A stretch of 64,000 nucleotides of DNA from Dehalococcoidia bacterium (GTDB lineage: Bacteria > Chloroflexota > Dehalococcoidia > GIF9 > UBA5629), in NCBI GenBank assembly GCA_034429855.1, contig DAOUFT010000073.1, positions 4,961 to 68,960 on the forward strand. Reading direction: 5' to 3'. A model generated the notes under the pieces. That model saw nothing but the letters and a program-made list of their open reading frames with translations. It had not been told where the DNA came from and did not search any database. Both the position numbers and the translations under genes were made by a program. This document shows, piece after piece, positions 37,614 to 46,008 of this stretch (its first letter is position 1; every line of letters starts with the position of its first letter).

Positions 37614-38393
37614 CTACCGGACATTTTTTTTGGCCTCCGGTCTGCGACGCTCTGTTTGCTGCTGATTGAGCGGTATGGTAGTCGGTTTAGAAGCATCGTA
37701 AACGGTTATGACGTGTTTGAACCCGGAGAAGCTCCTGCTTATTTGAGACAGCTCAAATGAATTTAATGGTTTGACCGGGCAAGATCTAAGCGGTGTGTTG
37801 ATCTGGATCTCATCCGGGAAAAAGGTCTTTGCCATTTCGGCCAGCCCAGGCCCTTTCTCTTGATTTATCTGCATGAACATTAACTGGATAGCCAGCTTTC
37901 CGTCGAATATGCTACGAAATGATCTGATTCCTTCAGCTAACCGTTTAACAGAAAGGTCGAATACTGGCCTGTTTATACCTGCTAAAAGGTCGTCGTCGGG
38001 CGCATCCAGCTTGGCAACAACCATGTCCGCGCCTGCCAGCGCCTCGCGTACGGACTGTTGATATAGTAGAGATGAATTCGTCAATACGGCGATAGGGATA
38101 TGCAATGAACGTCGGACCATAGCGATGGCCTGGTCGATATTGCTGGCAAGTGAAGGCTCGCCGACACCGGAGAACGTTGCATAATCGGCCTCTATCGGCG
38201 GCAGCGCATCAAGCTCATGCTCCAGGCTATCAAGCGAAACAAACTCCTGTCTGTCTGCTTGCCTATTCACCGTGCTTCCTAACTGGCAGTAGATGCAATC
38301 GAACGAGCAGGTTTTAGAGCGGGTCGAAACCATGTCTATACCGAGGGATCTCCCCAGACGCCAGGATGGAACAGGGCCGTATATAATAGACAT
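37614..38393 (-). CDS. Radical SAM protein of unknown function
   Basis: MSIIYGPVPSWRLGRSLGIDMVSTRSKTCSFDCIYCQLG (CxxxCxxC) ... FSGVGEPSL. ATG at 38393; the track ORF is extended 15 codons upstream. Confidence 0.7.
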   Translation of the reverse strand: MSIIYGPVPSWRLGRSLGIDMVSTRSKTCSFDCIYCQLGSTVNRQADRQEFVSLDSLEHELDALPPIEADYATFSGVGEPSLASNIDQAIAMVRRSLHIPIAVLTNSSLLYQQSVREALAGADMVVAKLDAPDDDLLAGINRPVFDLSVKRLAEGIRSFRSIFDGKLAIQLMFMQINQEKGPGLAEMAKTFFPDEIQINTPLRSCPVKPLNSFELSQISRSFSGFKHVITVYDASKPTTIPLNQQQTERRRPEAKKNVR

Positions 38394-38400
38394 GTTAACA

Positions 38401-38853
38401 TTACCACTGTTTCTTGTAACTTCGTTTCCACTTGTCAAGCTTGTATTCGTAATAGTCCCTGATTGCTTCCTTGAGCGTGTTGGATGCCAGCAGGGCGCAA
38501 TGCTCGCTTTCCTCAGGCAGCCCGTCTAACGCTTTTAGTACATCCTGCTGGCTTATCTGCATGGCTGCTTCTACCGGCTTGCCTTTGGCCATCTCAGTGA
38601 TCATGCTCCCCGCAGCTATGGTGGTTGTACAACCATCGGTCATAAAGGAGGCTTGTTCTATGATCTCGTTATCGATGCTTAACCAGATCTCCATTGTGTC
38701 TCCGCAGGGACCTGTGATGCGGGCGTAGCCGCTGGCTATATCTATGCTTGCCATGTTCCTTGGCCTTAAAGCATGTTCCACCGTCTTTTCGCTGCAAGTT
38801 TTGCGCAGCTCCGATTCCAGCATCTGCTGATACTCTTTTCTGGTAACGCGCAT
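38401..38853 (-). CDS. IscU/NifU N-terminal-domain-like Fe-S cluster scaffold protein
   Basis: The three conserved scaffold cysteines are present in GPCGDTMEIWL, DGCTTTIAAGS and EHCALLASNTLKEAI. Confidence 0.75.
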   Translation of the reverse strand: MRVTRKEYQQMLESELRKTCSEKTVEHALRPRNMASIDIASGYARITGPCGDTMEIWLSIDNEIIEQASFMTDGCTTTIAAGSMITEMAKGKPVEAAMQISQQDVLKALDGLPEESEHCALLASNTLKEAIRDYYEYKLDKWKRSYKKQW

Positions 38854-38894
38854 GGCATGATCTCCGATCAGAGTTTATTACCGTCTTAGTAACC

Positions 38895-39233
38895 CTAGTG
38901 GTCGCAGCGGTTGTCACCGGTTACGAGGTTTCCGTTCAAATAATTGATAACCACCAGCTCAGGATCGTCTGCCGGCGCTCCCAGCACGACATCGATGTCA
39001 TTTTGTCTGAACAATGAAATTGCGTTGGCGCCCATCCCGCCGGCGATTACGACCTGCACGCCCTGCTTGGCCAACCATGGTGGTAACAAGCCCGGCTGGT
39101 GGGGAGGGGCGGCAACCATCTCTTTTTTGTGTATTTTTTTATTGTTTTCGTCGGCATCAATAAGGGCAAACTGCTCACAATGACCGAAATGCGCTGATAG
39201 TTTTCCCTGGCTTACTGGTATTGCATATTTCAT
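38895..39233 (-). CDS. NifX/NafY/NifB-C-terminal-like dinitrogenase FeMo-cofactor-binding family protein
   Basis: MKYAIPVSQGKLSAHFGHCEQFALIDAD ... GVQVVIAGGMGANAISLFRQNDIDVV. Length is 112 aa. Confidence 0.8.
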   Translation of the reverse strand: MKYAIPVSQGKLSAHFGHCEQFALIDADENNKKIHKKEMVAAPPHQPGLLPPWLAKQGVQVVIAGGMGANAISLFRQNDIDVVLGAPADDPELVVINYLNGNLVTGDNRCDH

Positions 39234-39271
39234 GATAAGCTCCTTGATTTAGTAATTTGATCATCCGGTTG

Positions 39272-39511
39272 TTATCTGTGACACTGTCCTTCTGAGGAAC
39301 AGGGAGGTTGATCACAGCGTTCTGCTCGTCCGCAGCATGTTTGCCCTCCCTGTCGTCTGTTCGTGTTTTTGATGAGTCCCGGCACAGAGATTAATTTACT
39401 GACTGAACTGCTGCCGCAACTCGGGCATTTCACCATCGCATGGCCTGCCATTTCGTGATTATGTTCGAAGCGGTGCCCGCAATCGGTGCAGGCGTAATCG
39501 TAGATAGGCAT
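39272..39511 (-). CDS. FmdB-family zinc-ribbon protein
   Basis: MPIYDYACTDCGHRFE ... VKCPSCGSS, then a Cys-rich tail. ATG at 39511 with AGGAG 7 nt upstream. Confidence 0.7.
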   Translation of the reverse strand: MPIYDYACTDCGHRFEHNHEMAGHAMVKCPSCGSSSVSKLISVPGLIKNTNRRQGGQTCCGRAERCDQPPCSSEGQCHR

Positions 39512-39527
39512 AACGTTCTCCTGATAA

Positions 39528-40391
39528 TTAGTTAAGCGATATTTTGTCTTCAATATTCTTCCACAGGTTTATGATTTCACCGGCTGCCGGTCCGTCGTTA
39601 TATTCCACCAGGGGGACTCCATTTGCCACCGCCCGGTTCACAGACGTGTCGAAGGGGATTTTCCCCGCCACATAGACACCGATATTCGAGCAGAATTCTT
39701 CTATTTGTAAAGACTTTTTCCTGTTGATGTCGAATTTATTGATACATACTGCGGCGGGCACCTTGAAATGGCGGCAGACCTGGATCACTCGCTCCAAATC
39801 GTGCGCGCCCGATACCGTCGGCTCGGTGACCAGCAGCGCAAGATCGGCGCCGGAAAGCGATGAGATTACCGGGCAACCTATGCCGGGGGGCCCGTCCGTA
39901 ATGATGGTGGTAAATCCCTTATCCGCGGCTATTTTCCTGGCCTGCTGCCTTACCAGCGCAACCAGTTTGCCGGAGTTCTCCTGTGCAATGCCCAGACGGG
40001 CGCGGACCAGGAAACCGTATTTTGTATCGGAGATGTACCAGTGTCCGGCCATATTATCAGTCATGGTAATGGCATCAACCGGGCAGATACGCGAGCAAAA
40101 CCCGCATCCTTCGCAGGCAAAACGGCTGACCTTGAAATTGTGAATGGCATCGAAACGGCATAGATCCTGACACAGGCCGCATTCGGTGCAAGCATTTTCA
40201 TCAATGCGGGCAATCTGGCCGCTCCAGAACTTCTCAATATGTTTGGCGGTGGGGTGCAGAAGCAGGTGTAGAGCGGCGGCGTCCACGTCACAATCCGCCA
40301 TCACTTTATTGCGCGCCAGGGCAGCAAAACAGCCGGCGATAGATGTTTTACCGGTACCTCCTTTGCCGCTAAGCACAACGAGTTCTTTCAT
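39528..40391 (-). CDS. MinD/ParA-superfamily P-loop ATPase with an inserted 2x[4Fe-4S] ferredoxin domain
   Basis: Walker A VLSGKGGTGKTS. Ferredoxin motifs CTECGLCQDLC ... CEGCGFCSRICP. ATG at 40391 with AGAGGA upstream. Confidence 0.8.
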   Translation of the reverse strand: MKELVVLSGKGGTGKTSIAGCFAALARNKVMADCDVDAAALHLLLHPTAKHIEKFWSGQIARIDENACTECGLCQDLCRFDAIHNFKVSRFACEGCGFCSRICPVDAITMTDNMAGHWYISDTKYGFLVRARLGIAQENSGKLVALVRQQARKIAADKGFTTIITDGPPGIGCPVISSLSGADLALLVTEPTVSGAHDLERVIQVCRHFKVPAAVCINKFDINRKKSLQIEEFCSNIGVYVAGKIPFDTSVNRAVANGVPLVEYNDGPAAGEIINLWKNIEDKISLN

Positions 40392-41229
40392 GCGATATCC
40401 TCTTGATTTCATCGTAAACACTGACGAATGCGCCCTGCCACTGCGGCTTGCCTTCAGCCAGCGTGATTCCTTCGGAGTATATGCTGGCGATACTCATGTC
40501 CAGCGGTATTTTCAGCAATACCGGAATGCCCTCTTTTATGCAGTATTCATCTATAGACATTTCACCTTCAACGGCGCGGTTAATAATCACTCCACAGGGG
40601 ACATCCAGCTGCCTCACTGTTTCTACCGCCAGTTTAAGGTCATGCAGACCGAAGGGAGTTGGCTCCGTGACCAGCACGCAGTAGTCGCTTTTATCTATAG
40701 CCTCGACCACTGGACAGGATGTGCCGGGCGATACATCAAGTATGGCAAGCACGTCGCGTTTGATCTTGGTTTTCACCCGGCGGATAACAGGAACAGCCAT
40801 TGCCTCACCGACTGTTAGACGTCCCTGCACAAAATCGATGTCATCCGCGTTTCCCGACTCTACCACACCCATCTGTCTGTCCTCCTCCAAGATCGCTCCT
40901 TCGGGACATAGATAAGCGCAGGCGCCGCAACCGTGACATAACTGATCGAAGACGAGCACACCCCGTGGTACCACGGCAATTGCCCTGTAGGCGCACACCT
41001 CGGCACACAGGCCGCAATATGTGCACCTGGCGAAGTCCACCTTCGGCACAGGTATGCAAACCGGTTCACTGGCTGTGATGGTCGGTTTAAGGAACAAGTG
41101 ATCATTGGGCTCCTCGACATCGCAGTCAAGCACCTGAACCTTTTCCCTGCCCCTCAGAGATACGGCCAGGCTGGTGGCCACCAGTGTTTTTCCGGTCCCA
41201 CCTTTGCCGCTGGCTATAGAAATGATCAT
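40369..41229 (-). CDS. MinD/ParA-superfamily P-loop ATPase with an inserted 2x[4Fe-4S] ferredoxin domain (paralog)
   Basis: Walker A IASGKGGTGKTL. CTYCGLCAEVC ... CHGCGACAYLCP. Confidence 0.8.
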   Translation of the reverse strand: MIISIASGKGGTGKTLVATSLAVSLRGREKVQVLDCDVEEPNDHLFLKPTITASEPVCIPVPKVDFARCTYCGLCAEVCAYRAIAVVPRGVLVFDQLCHGCGACAYLCPEGAILEEDRQMGVVESGNADDIDFVQGRLTVGEAMAVPVIRRVKTKIKRDVLAILDVSPGTSCPVVEAIDKSDYCVLVTEPTPFGLHDLKLAVETVRQLDVPCGVIINRAVEGEMSIDEYCIKEGIPVLLKIPLDMSIASIYSEGITLAEGKPQWQGAFVSVYDEIKRISHERTRCA

Positions 41230-41445
41230 TCAGGCTCTTACCATCTTTGTAGAGCATTTCGGGCAGCTGATGCTGTAGCAGGGTTTACCAACCTGGTGTG
41301 GAACCCTGGCGCCGCAATTAGGGCAAACGCACTCGCCGCCGGGTCCTGCACCGGGACGGTTTCCCCCCATCCTGCCGCCTCTGCCACCACCCATTCCTCT
41401 ACCGGCTCCACCCTGTGGCGGTCCGGTCATATCTCCTCTTGGCAT
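41230..41445 (-). CDS. Small Gly-rich protein with a DUF5320-like N-terminus (MPRGDMTGP...) and a C-terminal 4-Cys zinc ribbon
   Basis: MPRGDMTGPPQGGAGRGMGGGRGG ... CVCPNCG ... CPKC. It abuts the ATPase gene. Confidence 0.5.
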   Translation of the reverse strand: MPRGDMTGPPQGGAGRGMGGGRGGRMGGNRPGAGPGGECVCPNCGARVPHQVGKPCYSISCPKCSTKMVRA

Positions 41446-41501
41446 TTGGATTACCTCCTTATTTCATAGATATTTTTGTTTGTATTCTGGTATTGCCGCT
41501 A

Positions 41502-41864
41502 TCAACCCGATTGGCCGTGATGAGGCTGTACACTGGGCTTACTGATGGTCTTGTATTTACCGGCTTTGAAGGTATTTATCACGTCTTTGACTTTCCCTGA
41601 AACGCCTGTGTAGACCTCTATGCCGGCGGCCGCAAGTACCTGAAAGGCATTAGGCCCGCAATCGCCCGTCAATACAACTTTGGCGCCGTGCTTGACTACC
41701 GTTTGGCCGGCAGCTATGCCGGCCCCGCCTGCGGATGCATTGTTGGCAACCGCTACGAAATTCATGGTATCCGGGTCGACAAAAATGAAATAATTGCATC
41801 TGCCGAAGCGCGGATCGACATCGGCATCTAGATCTGGTCCGGCGGCGGTAATCGCCAGTTTCAT
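41502..41864 (-). CDS. NifX/NafY-like dinitrogenase FeMo-cofactor-binding family protein (second copy)
   Basis: MKLAITAAGPDLDADVDPRFGRCNYFIFVD ... GAKVVLTGDCGPNAFQVLAAAGIEVY. Confidence 0.8.
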   Translation of the reverse strand: MKLAITAAGPDLDADVDPRFGRCNYFIFVDPDTMNFVAVANNASAGGAGIAAGQTVVKHGAKVVLTGDCGPNAFQVLAAAGIEVYTGVSGKVKDVINTFKAGKYKTISKPSVQPHHGQSG

Positions 41865-41921
41865 ACTTATCCTCCTTTCACTATTTATATTGCCTATATT
41901 GCCTGTCCGGCTACACGCGAA

Positions 41922-42182
41922 TTAGCGTTTCTCCATTTGACTGATTCTTGCCTCCAGATTCTCAAGCTCATTCAATAACTGGTTAATATCGTTTCTGAGC
42001 TGTAAGATGTCCTGCTGGTCGTAGGGAGCCTGGTAAATCGGCCCATAAGCCGATCCGTAGCTGCGATAGCCAAACCTGCGACCGTAAGCGCCGATATTGC
42101 CTGACGGCGCTACGCAAAAGCCTCTTGCTCCACCTGTCATAGGACCAAGACCCCGTGGCCCGGTTCCATCAAACCCTGGCAT
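41922..42182 (-). CDS. DUF5320-type Gly-rich protein with a C-terminal coiled coil
   Basis: MPGFDGTGPRGLGPMTGGARGFC ... LRNDINQLLNELENLEARISQMEKR. Confidence 0.55.
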   Translation of the reverse strand: MPGFDGTGPRGLGPMTGGARGFCVAPSGNIGAYGRRFGYRSYGSAYGPIYQAPYDQQDILQLRNDINQLLNELENLEARISQMEKR

Positions 42183-42244
42183 TTTAATACCTCCGTTTGT
42201 TCATTTATTCAAGTGATCGAGATAAGCGATAAAAATTCCGCCGT

Positions 42245-42511
42245 TTAAGACCTTTCCCGCTCCATCTCGCTGACCGCTGCCTGCATTCGTGACAACCTGT
42301 CTTTCAACACGTCTATTGTTTTTTTCAGGTCGCTCAGATCATAAGCTGCGGCAGCGGGAGCTGTACCCTCATAACCCGGCATGTAATATGACGGGTTATC
42401 GAAGTAATACCCGCACCTGGGGAGACCTCCGCGGCCGCGACCTATATACGGCCACGCAGCATATGCTCCCCTGAACCCGCCACCCATCCTGTAGCCTCTT
42501 CCATATGGCAT
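42245..42511 (-). CDS. DUF5320-type Gly/Arg/Tyr-rich protein with a C-terminal coiled coil (paralog)
   Basis: MPYGRGYRMGGGFRG ... LSDLKKTIDVLKDRLSRMQAAVSEMERER. Confidence 0.5.
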   Translation of the reverse strand: MPYGRGYRMGGGFRGAYAAWPYIGRGRGGLPRCGYYFDNPSYYMPGYEGTAPAAAAYDLSDLKKTIDVLKDRLSRMQAAVSEMERERS

Positions 42512-42553
42512 TGTTCACCTCCTTTTGTATTGGAGTTTACGTTGATCGACCTA

Positions 42554-43057
42554 TCAACGGTTGCGTCCTCCTCGATGGCACCTGCCGCCCCTGCCGCGGC
42601 TCCAGCTCATATCAATTGCCGGCACGGGTGGTGGTGTAGCAGTATTACATACGGGGCAGTATTGCAGAGGACTTTTAGTGGACTGTTCAAGCGGAACCTC
42701 CCACTGGTGTCCGTGTGCACAGATATAACGCTGCGGCAGCACTTCGAAATCCCCGCCCTCGATTCTGATCGCTTTGCCGTTCAGCAATGCATCGGCGATC
42801 TTTGTGCGCGCGGATTCCAGCACACGTTGAAATGTCGAGCGGGAAACGTTCATTCGTTCCGCCGATTGCTCCTGATCGAGGTCCTCCATATCTTTGAGGC
42901 GCACGGACTCCAGCTCCTCGAAGGATAGACATACTTCATCTAAAAAGCGCAGCGGCACGCCGGCCGGTTTGTAATAATTCACACCTGGCATGAATGCAAC
43001 CCTGCGGCATTTCCTCGGTCTCGGCATAAATGTCTCACGCAGTTTTATTATGGGCAT
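42554..43057 (-). CDS. DUF134 (UPF0251) predicted DNA-binding protein with a C-terminal Cys/His zinc-ribbon extension
   Basis: MPRPRKCRRV ... GVNYYKP ... FEELESVRLKDMEDLDQEQSAERMNVSRSTFQRVLESARTKIADALLNGKAIRIEGG, then HGHQWEVP ... CPVCN. The start may be the ATG at 43027. Confidence 0.7.
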   Translation of the reverse strand: MPIIKLRETFMPRPRKCRRVAFMPGVNYYKPAGVPLRFLDEVCLSFEELESVRLKDMEDLDQEQSAERMNVSRSTFQRVLESARTKIADALLNGKAIRIEGGDFEVLPQRYICAHGHQWEVPLEQSTKSPLQYCPVCNTATPPPVPAIDMSWSRGRGGRCHRGGRNR

Positions 43058-43067
43058 ATGCCCATAA
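43048..43067. promoter_or_regulatory. 20-bp perfect palindrome TTATGGGCATATGCCCATAA at the DUF134 gene start; candidate operator for the whole downstream cluster
   Basis: Perfect inverted repeat that overlaps or immediately precedes the first gene of the minus-strand cluster. Confidence 0.45.
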
Positions 43068-43188
43068 ATAGTATAAGGTGCATTGGATATCCGGTCAAGT
43101 GAGATATTAGAGCCGGTCTATGCGGCACCGGTTCACGATTGACCATGACCGATAAAGGGCTTAAAATTTAAATCGGGAGGCCGAGAAT

Positions 43189-43395
43189 ATGAAGAGAAAT
43201 GAAGGTACATTGGATCGTATAATAAGGGTAATAGTCGGAATTAATTTGATCGGTCTGGCGATGTATTTTTTGGGATCTTGGGCTTTGTGGTTGGTCATTG
43301 TGGTCGGCATACTGGGGCTGATCGCTTTGATCACGGGCATAACCGGCTATTGCGGTTTATACACCCTGTTTAAATTCTCTACTATCAAAAAATAG
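43189..43395 (+). CDS. DUF2892 (YgaP-like) small inner-membrane protein
   Basis: Two TM helices and the conserved TGYCGLY motif. RBS GGGAGG upstream. Confidence 0.6.
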   Translation: MKRNEGTLDRIIRVIVGINLIGLAMYFLGSWALWLVIVVGILGLIALITGITGYCGLYTLFKFSTIKK

Positions 43396-43463
43396 CTGTT
43401 CGGGCCGGGGCTGTTTGCTACATGAGATAATTCTCTATCCTGATGATAACGCAGTATTAATGA

Positions 43464-44636
43464 TTATCTGACCGCCGATTCGTAGATTATCGCAGTGATA
43501 TCCACTACTTGTAGTTCGTCTTCCATGTTTTCTGCCTTTATAGCATCGGAGAACATTACCATGCAACCGGGACAAGCCACTGCCAGCTTGGAAGCTCCGG
43601 TCTGTCTGGCTTCACGCAACCTGGCCCGCGCAGGGCTGTCCTTTCCGCCTGCCAGGTAGTCGGTCACAAAATTACCACTGCCGCCGCCGCAGCAAAAGGC
43701 ATCCGCTCGGTTTCTGTCCATCTCAATGAGATCCATGCCGTCGATGCCCTGCAGTGCTTTGCGTGGTGCGTCATATACCTGATTGTGACGACCCAGATAG
43801 CAGGGGTCGTGGTAGGTGATTTTCGCTTTAGTACCCTTCAGCTTGATCCGATTGTCTCTCAGCAGGCTGTCAAGTACATGCGTGTAATGGTAAACTTCGA
43901 ATGGATAGCCCAGTCCCTGGTACTGGTTTTTCATGATATTGTATCCATGCGGGCAGAGTGTAATGACTTTTTTTATATCCAGTTCCTTAAATTTATCGAC
44001 ATTCTTTTTCGCCAGTATATTGAACAGATCGGTTTCTCCCAGGGAATATACCTCGTTTCCACAGCATTCTTCATCCTTTCCCAGTATGCCGAACGATAGG
44101 CCTGCCATTTGCAGCAGGGTCGCCAGGTTCCGGGCCGTTTTCTGTCCATTTTCATCATAGGAGCCCAGACAGCCGACATACAGGAGGAAATCATCTCCTC
44201 TTGCATAGGTTTTAATTCTATTGGCCCAGGCGCCCCTGTCTTCACGCAGGTTTTTTAACGGATTTCCATAGGTATATACTGATTCAAGAAAGCGCTTGAC
44301 CCGGGTGGGAATTTTACCCTGATCTACCATATCGCTCCTGGCGCCGATGATCCATTCAACGATGTCCGGGGCAAACTTCATGGGGCACTGTTGACTGCAG
44401 TTCATGCAGGTGGTACACGTATAGAGAATCTCTGCCAGGTGCTCCGACCAGGGCAGTTCCCCTTTAAGCCATGCGTTAGTCAGCCATAATCTGCCGCCAG
44501 TTGAATAGGTATCGAATTTAAATCTGTTGTAGGATGGGCAATTAATGGCTGAATAGTCCGTGGGAAATTTGCAGTAACCGCACCTGAAGCATCTGTGTAT
44601 CTGAGACTGGTATTTCTTCATCGGGCCACCTCCCAA
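43464..44636 (-). CDS. GlcF/HdrD-like (Fe-S)-binding subunit with CCG domains
   Basis: CFRCGYCKF ... CPSY and CTTCMNCSQQCP, two CCG-type Cys-rich domains (CCGNE ... CCGGGSG). It overlaps the upstream GlcD-like gene by 19 nt. Confidence 0.75.
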   Translation of the reverse strand: MGGGPMKKYQSQIHRCFRCGYCKFPTDYSAINCPSYNRFKFDTYSTGGRLWLTNAWLKGELPWSEHLAEILYTCTTCMNCSQQCPMKFAPDIVEWIIGARSDMVDQGKIPTRVKRFLESVYTYGNPLKNLREDRGAWANRIKTYARGDDFLLYVGCLGSYDENGQKTARNLATLLQMAGLSFGILGKDEECCGNEVYSLGETDLFNILAKKNVDKFKELDIKKVITLCPHGYNIMKNQYQGLGYPFEVYHYTHVLDSLLRDNRIKLKGTKAKITYHDPCYLGRHNQVYDAPRKALQGIDGMDLIEMDRNRADAFCCGGGSGNFVTDYLAGGKDSPARARLREARQTGASKLAVACPGCMVMFSDAIKAENMEDELQVVDITAIIYESAVR

Positions 44637-46003
44637 TTGCCGGGATTCATGATTCCGTTGGGATCGAGCAGTTTCTTGATCCGCATCATCAGATTGAGTG
44701 TCTCCGGGTCCATTCTGGCCATAATTAGCTGCTGTTCATCGATGTTGGGTTTCCACATCACTCCGCCATTTTCAAGTGCAAAGTCGGCCGCTTCATCCAG
44801 CGCCTGCTTGGCCCTTTTCATCGTATCCGGATCGGCCCGGTTGAATGTATAGGAGAAGGAGAACATCATGCTATGCCCTCCGTCGATCATACGGGCGGCC
44901 GATGAGTAAAAGAGGTCGTATTTATTTGCAAGTTCGGCCAGTTTTTTAACGTATGCCGGGTACTTTTCCAGTGGTGCTATGGGACCGCTGTACTCAAATC
45001 CACCACCTTTGCTCACATCGGCAAACCTGGTCGTGTCTTTGGAAGGCATGGCCAGCATGGGCGCCTTCATGTCGGGGGGCAGGCTGACGAACCCGCCTTC
45101 TCTCCTTTCGAAGTAATCCCATAGCGCACGCCAGGCCATTTTCTTTTTAAATTCAACTTCCTCTTCAGTGTCGCCTGTTATATAGAAAAGAATGTAATAG
45201 TTGCCTCTGAACCTGAGCGGCAGCGGCTGTGCTGTCACGACCAGGTCTTCGATCATTTCTGTTCGACCGAGCTTGCGCATGATCTCCGGCACCAGCTCGG
45301 CCTCATCGGTCAGGAAAAGCATGGCATCGCGAATCTTCTTGCAGGGATAGAGTCTCAGCGCTAACTTGGTGATGATACCGGTGGTGCCAAACCAACCGAA
45401 AAACAGGCTGCTCAGGTCGGGCAGAGGCGGCCCCTTGGAGAACCAGTATGGCGAAACAGCGCATGAGCCGATTTTGCATTTCTCTCCCGTGGGCAGCACT
45501 ACCTCAAGCCCGCAGACCATGTCGGAGTTGAACCCGTGTTGCTGTGTAAGTCGCCCCTGTCCGTGTATTACCGCATTGGCTGTTATAGTTGCTATGGGTG
45601 GAGAGTCGGGAATGCTGTGGCGGAGATGCGGGTAATTCTTTAACAGGTAGCTTTTCAATGCGCCGTGAGTGGTACCTCCTTCCACTATCACATATCCTGC
45701 AGACTCGTTTACCTCCAGTATTTGTCCCATGCGCTTCATATCCAGCAGGATGCCTCCTTTCTGCGGGATGACCAGGCCTGTTAGCGAGAGGCCTCCGCCT
45801 TTGGGAATAACAGGTATCTTCGCTCTGTTAGCCAGCCTGACTATAGCCTGCACCTCATCCACCGTCGAAGGCATGACGACAAAATCCGGCTCATGCGGGG
45901 GCATCAGGCCTGGATCTCGCCCGTATATGTACAGCTCCTCTCTGTTGTTGGATACGTAATCCTTATCGGTTATTTGGCTCAGCTCTTGATATACATCTAT
46001 CAT
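44618..46003 (-). CDS. FAD-binding oxidoreductase (GlcD / D-lactate dehydrogenase family)
   Basis: FAD-binding PCMH domain VVMPSTVDEVQAIVRLANRAKIPVIPKGGGLSLTG. Length is 461 aa. Confidence 0.8.
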   Translation of the reverse strand: MIDVYQELSQITDKDYVSNNREELYIYGRDPGLMPPHEPDFVVMPSTVDEVQAIVRLANRAKIPVIPKGGGLSLTGLVIPQKGGILLDMKRMGQILEVNESAGYVIVEGGTTHGALKSYLLKNYPHLRHSIPDSPPIATITANAVIHGQGRLTQQHGFNSDMVCGLEVVLPTGEKCKIGSCAVSPYWFSKGPPLPDLSSLFFGWFGTTGIITKLALRLYPCKKIRDAMLFLTDEAELVPEIMRKLGRTEMIEDLVVTAQPLPLRFRGNYYILFYITGDTEEEVEFKKKMAWRALWDYFERREGGFVSLPPDMKAPMLAMPSKDTTRFADVSKGGGFEYSGPIAPLEKYPAYVKKLAELANKYDLFYSSAARMIDGGHSMMFSFSYTFNRADPDTMKRAKQALDEAADFALENGGVMWKPNIDEQQLIMARMDPETLNLMMRIKKLLDPNGIMNPGNWEVAR

Positions 46004-46008
46004 CTTGC

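Noticed and set aside
35175-43057. Reading the locus as a nitrogenase (nif) accessory cluster
   Set aside because: No nifH, nifD, nifK, nifB, nifE or nifN is present. NifX-like, MinD-ferredoxin and DUF134 genes occur together in many non-diazotrophs. The NifX label is a fold or family call, not a functional one.
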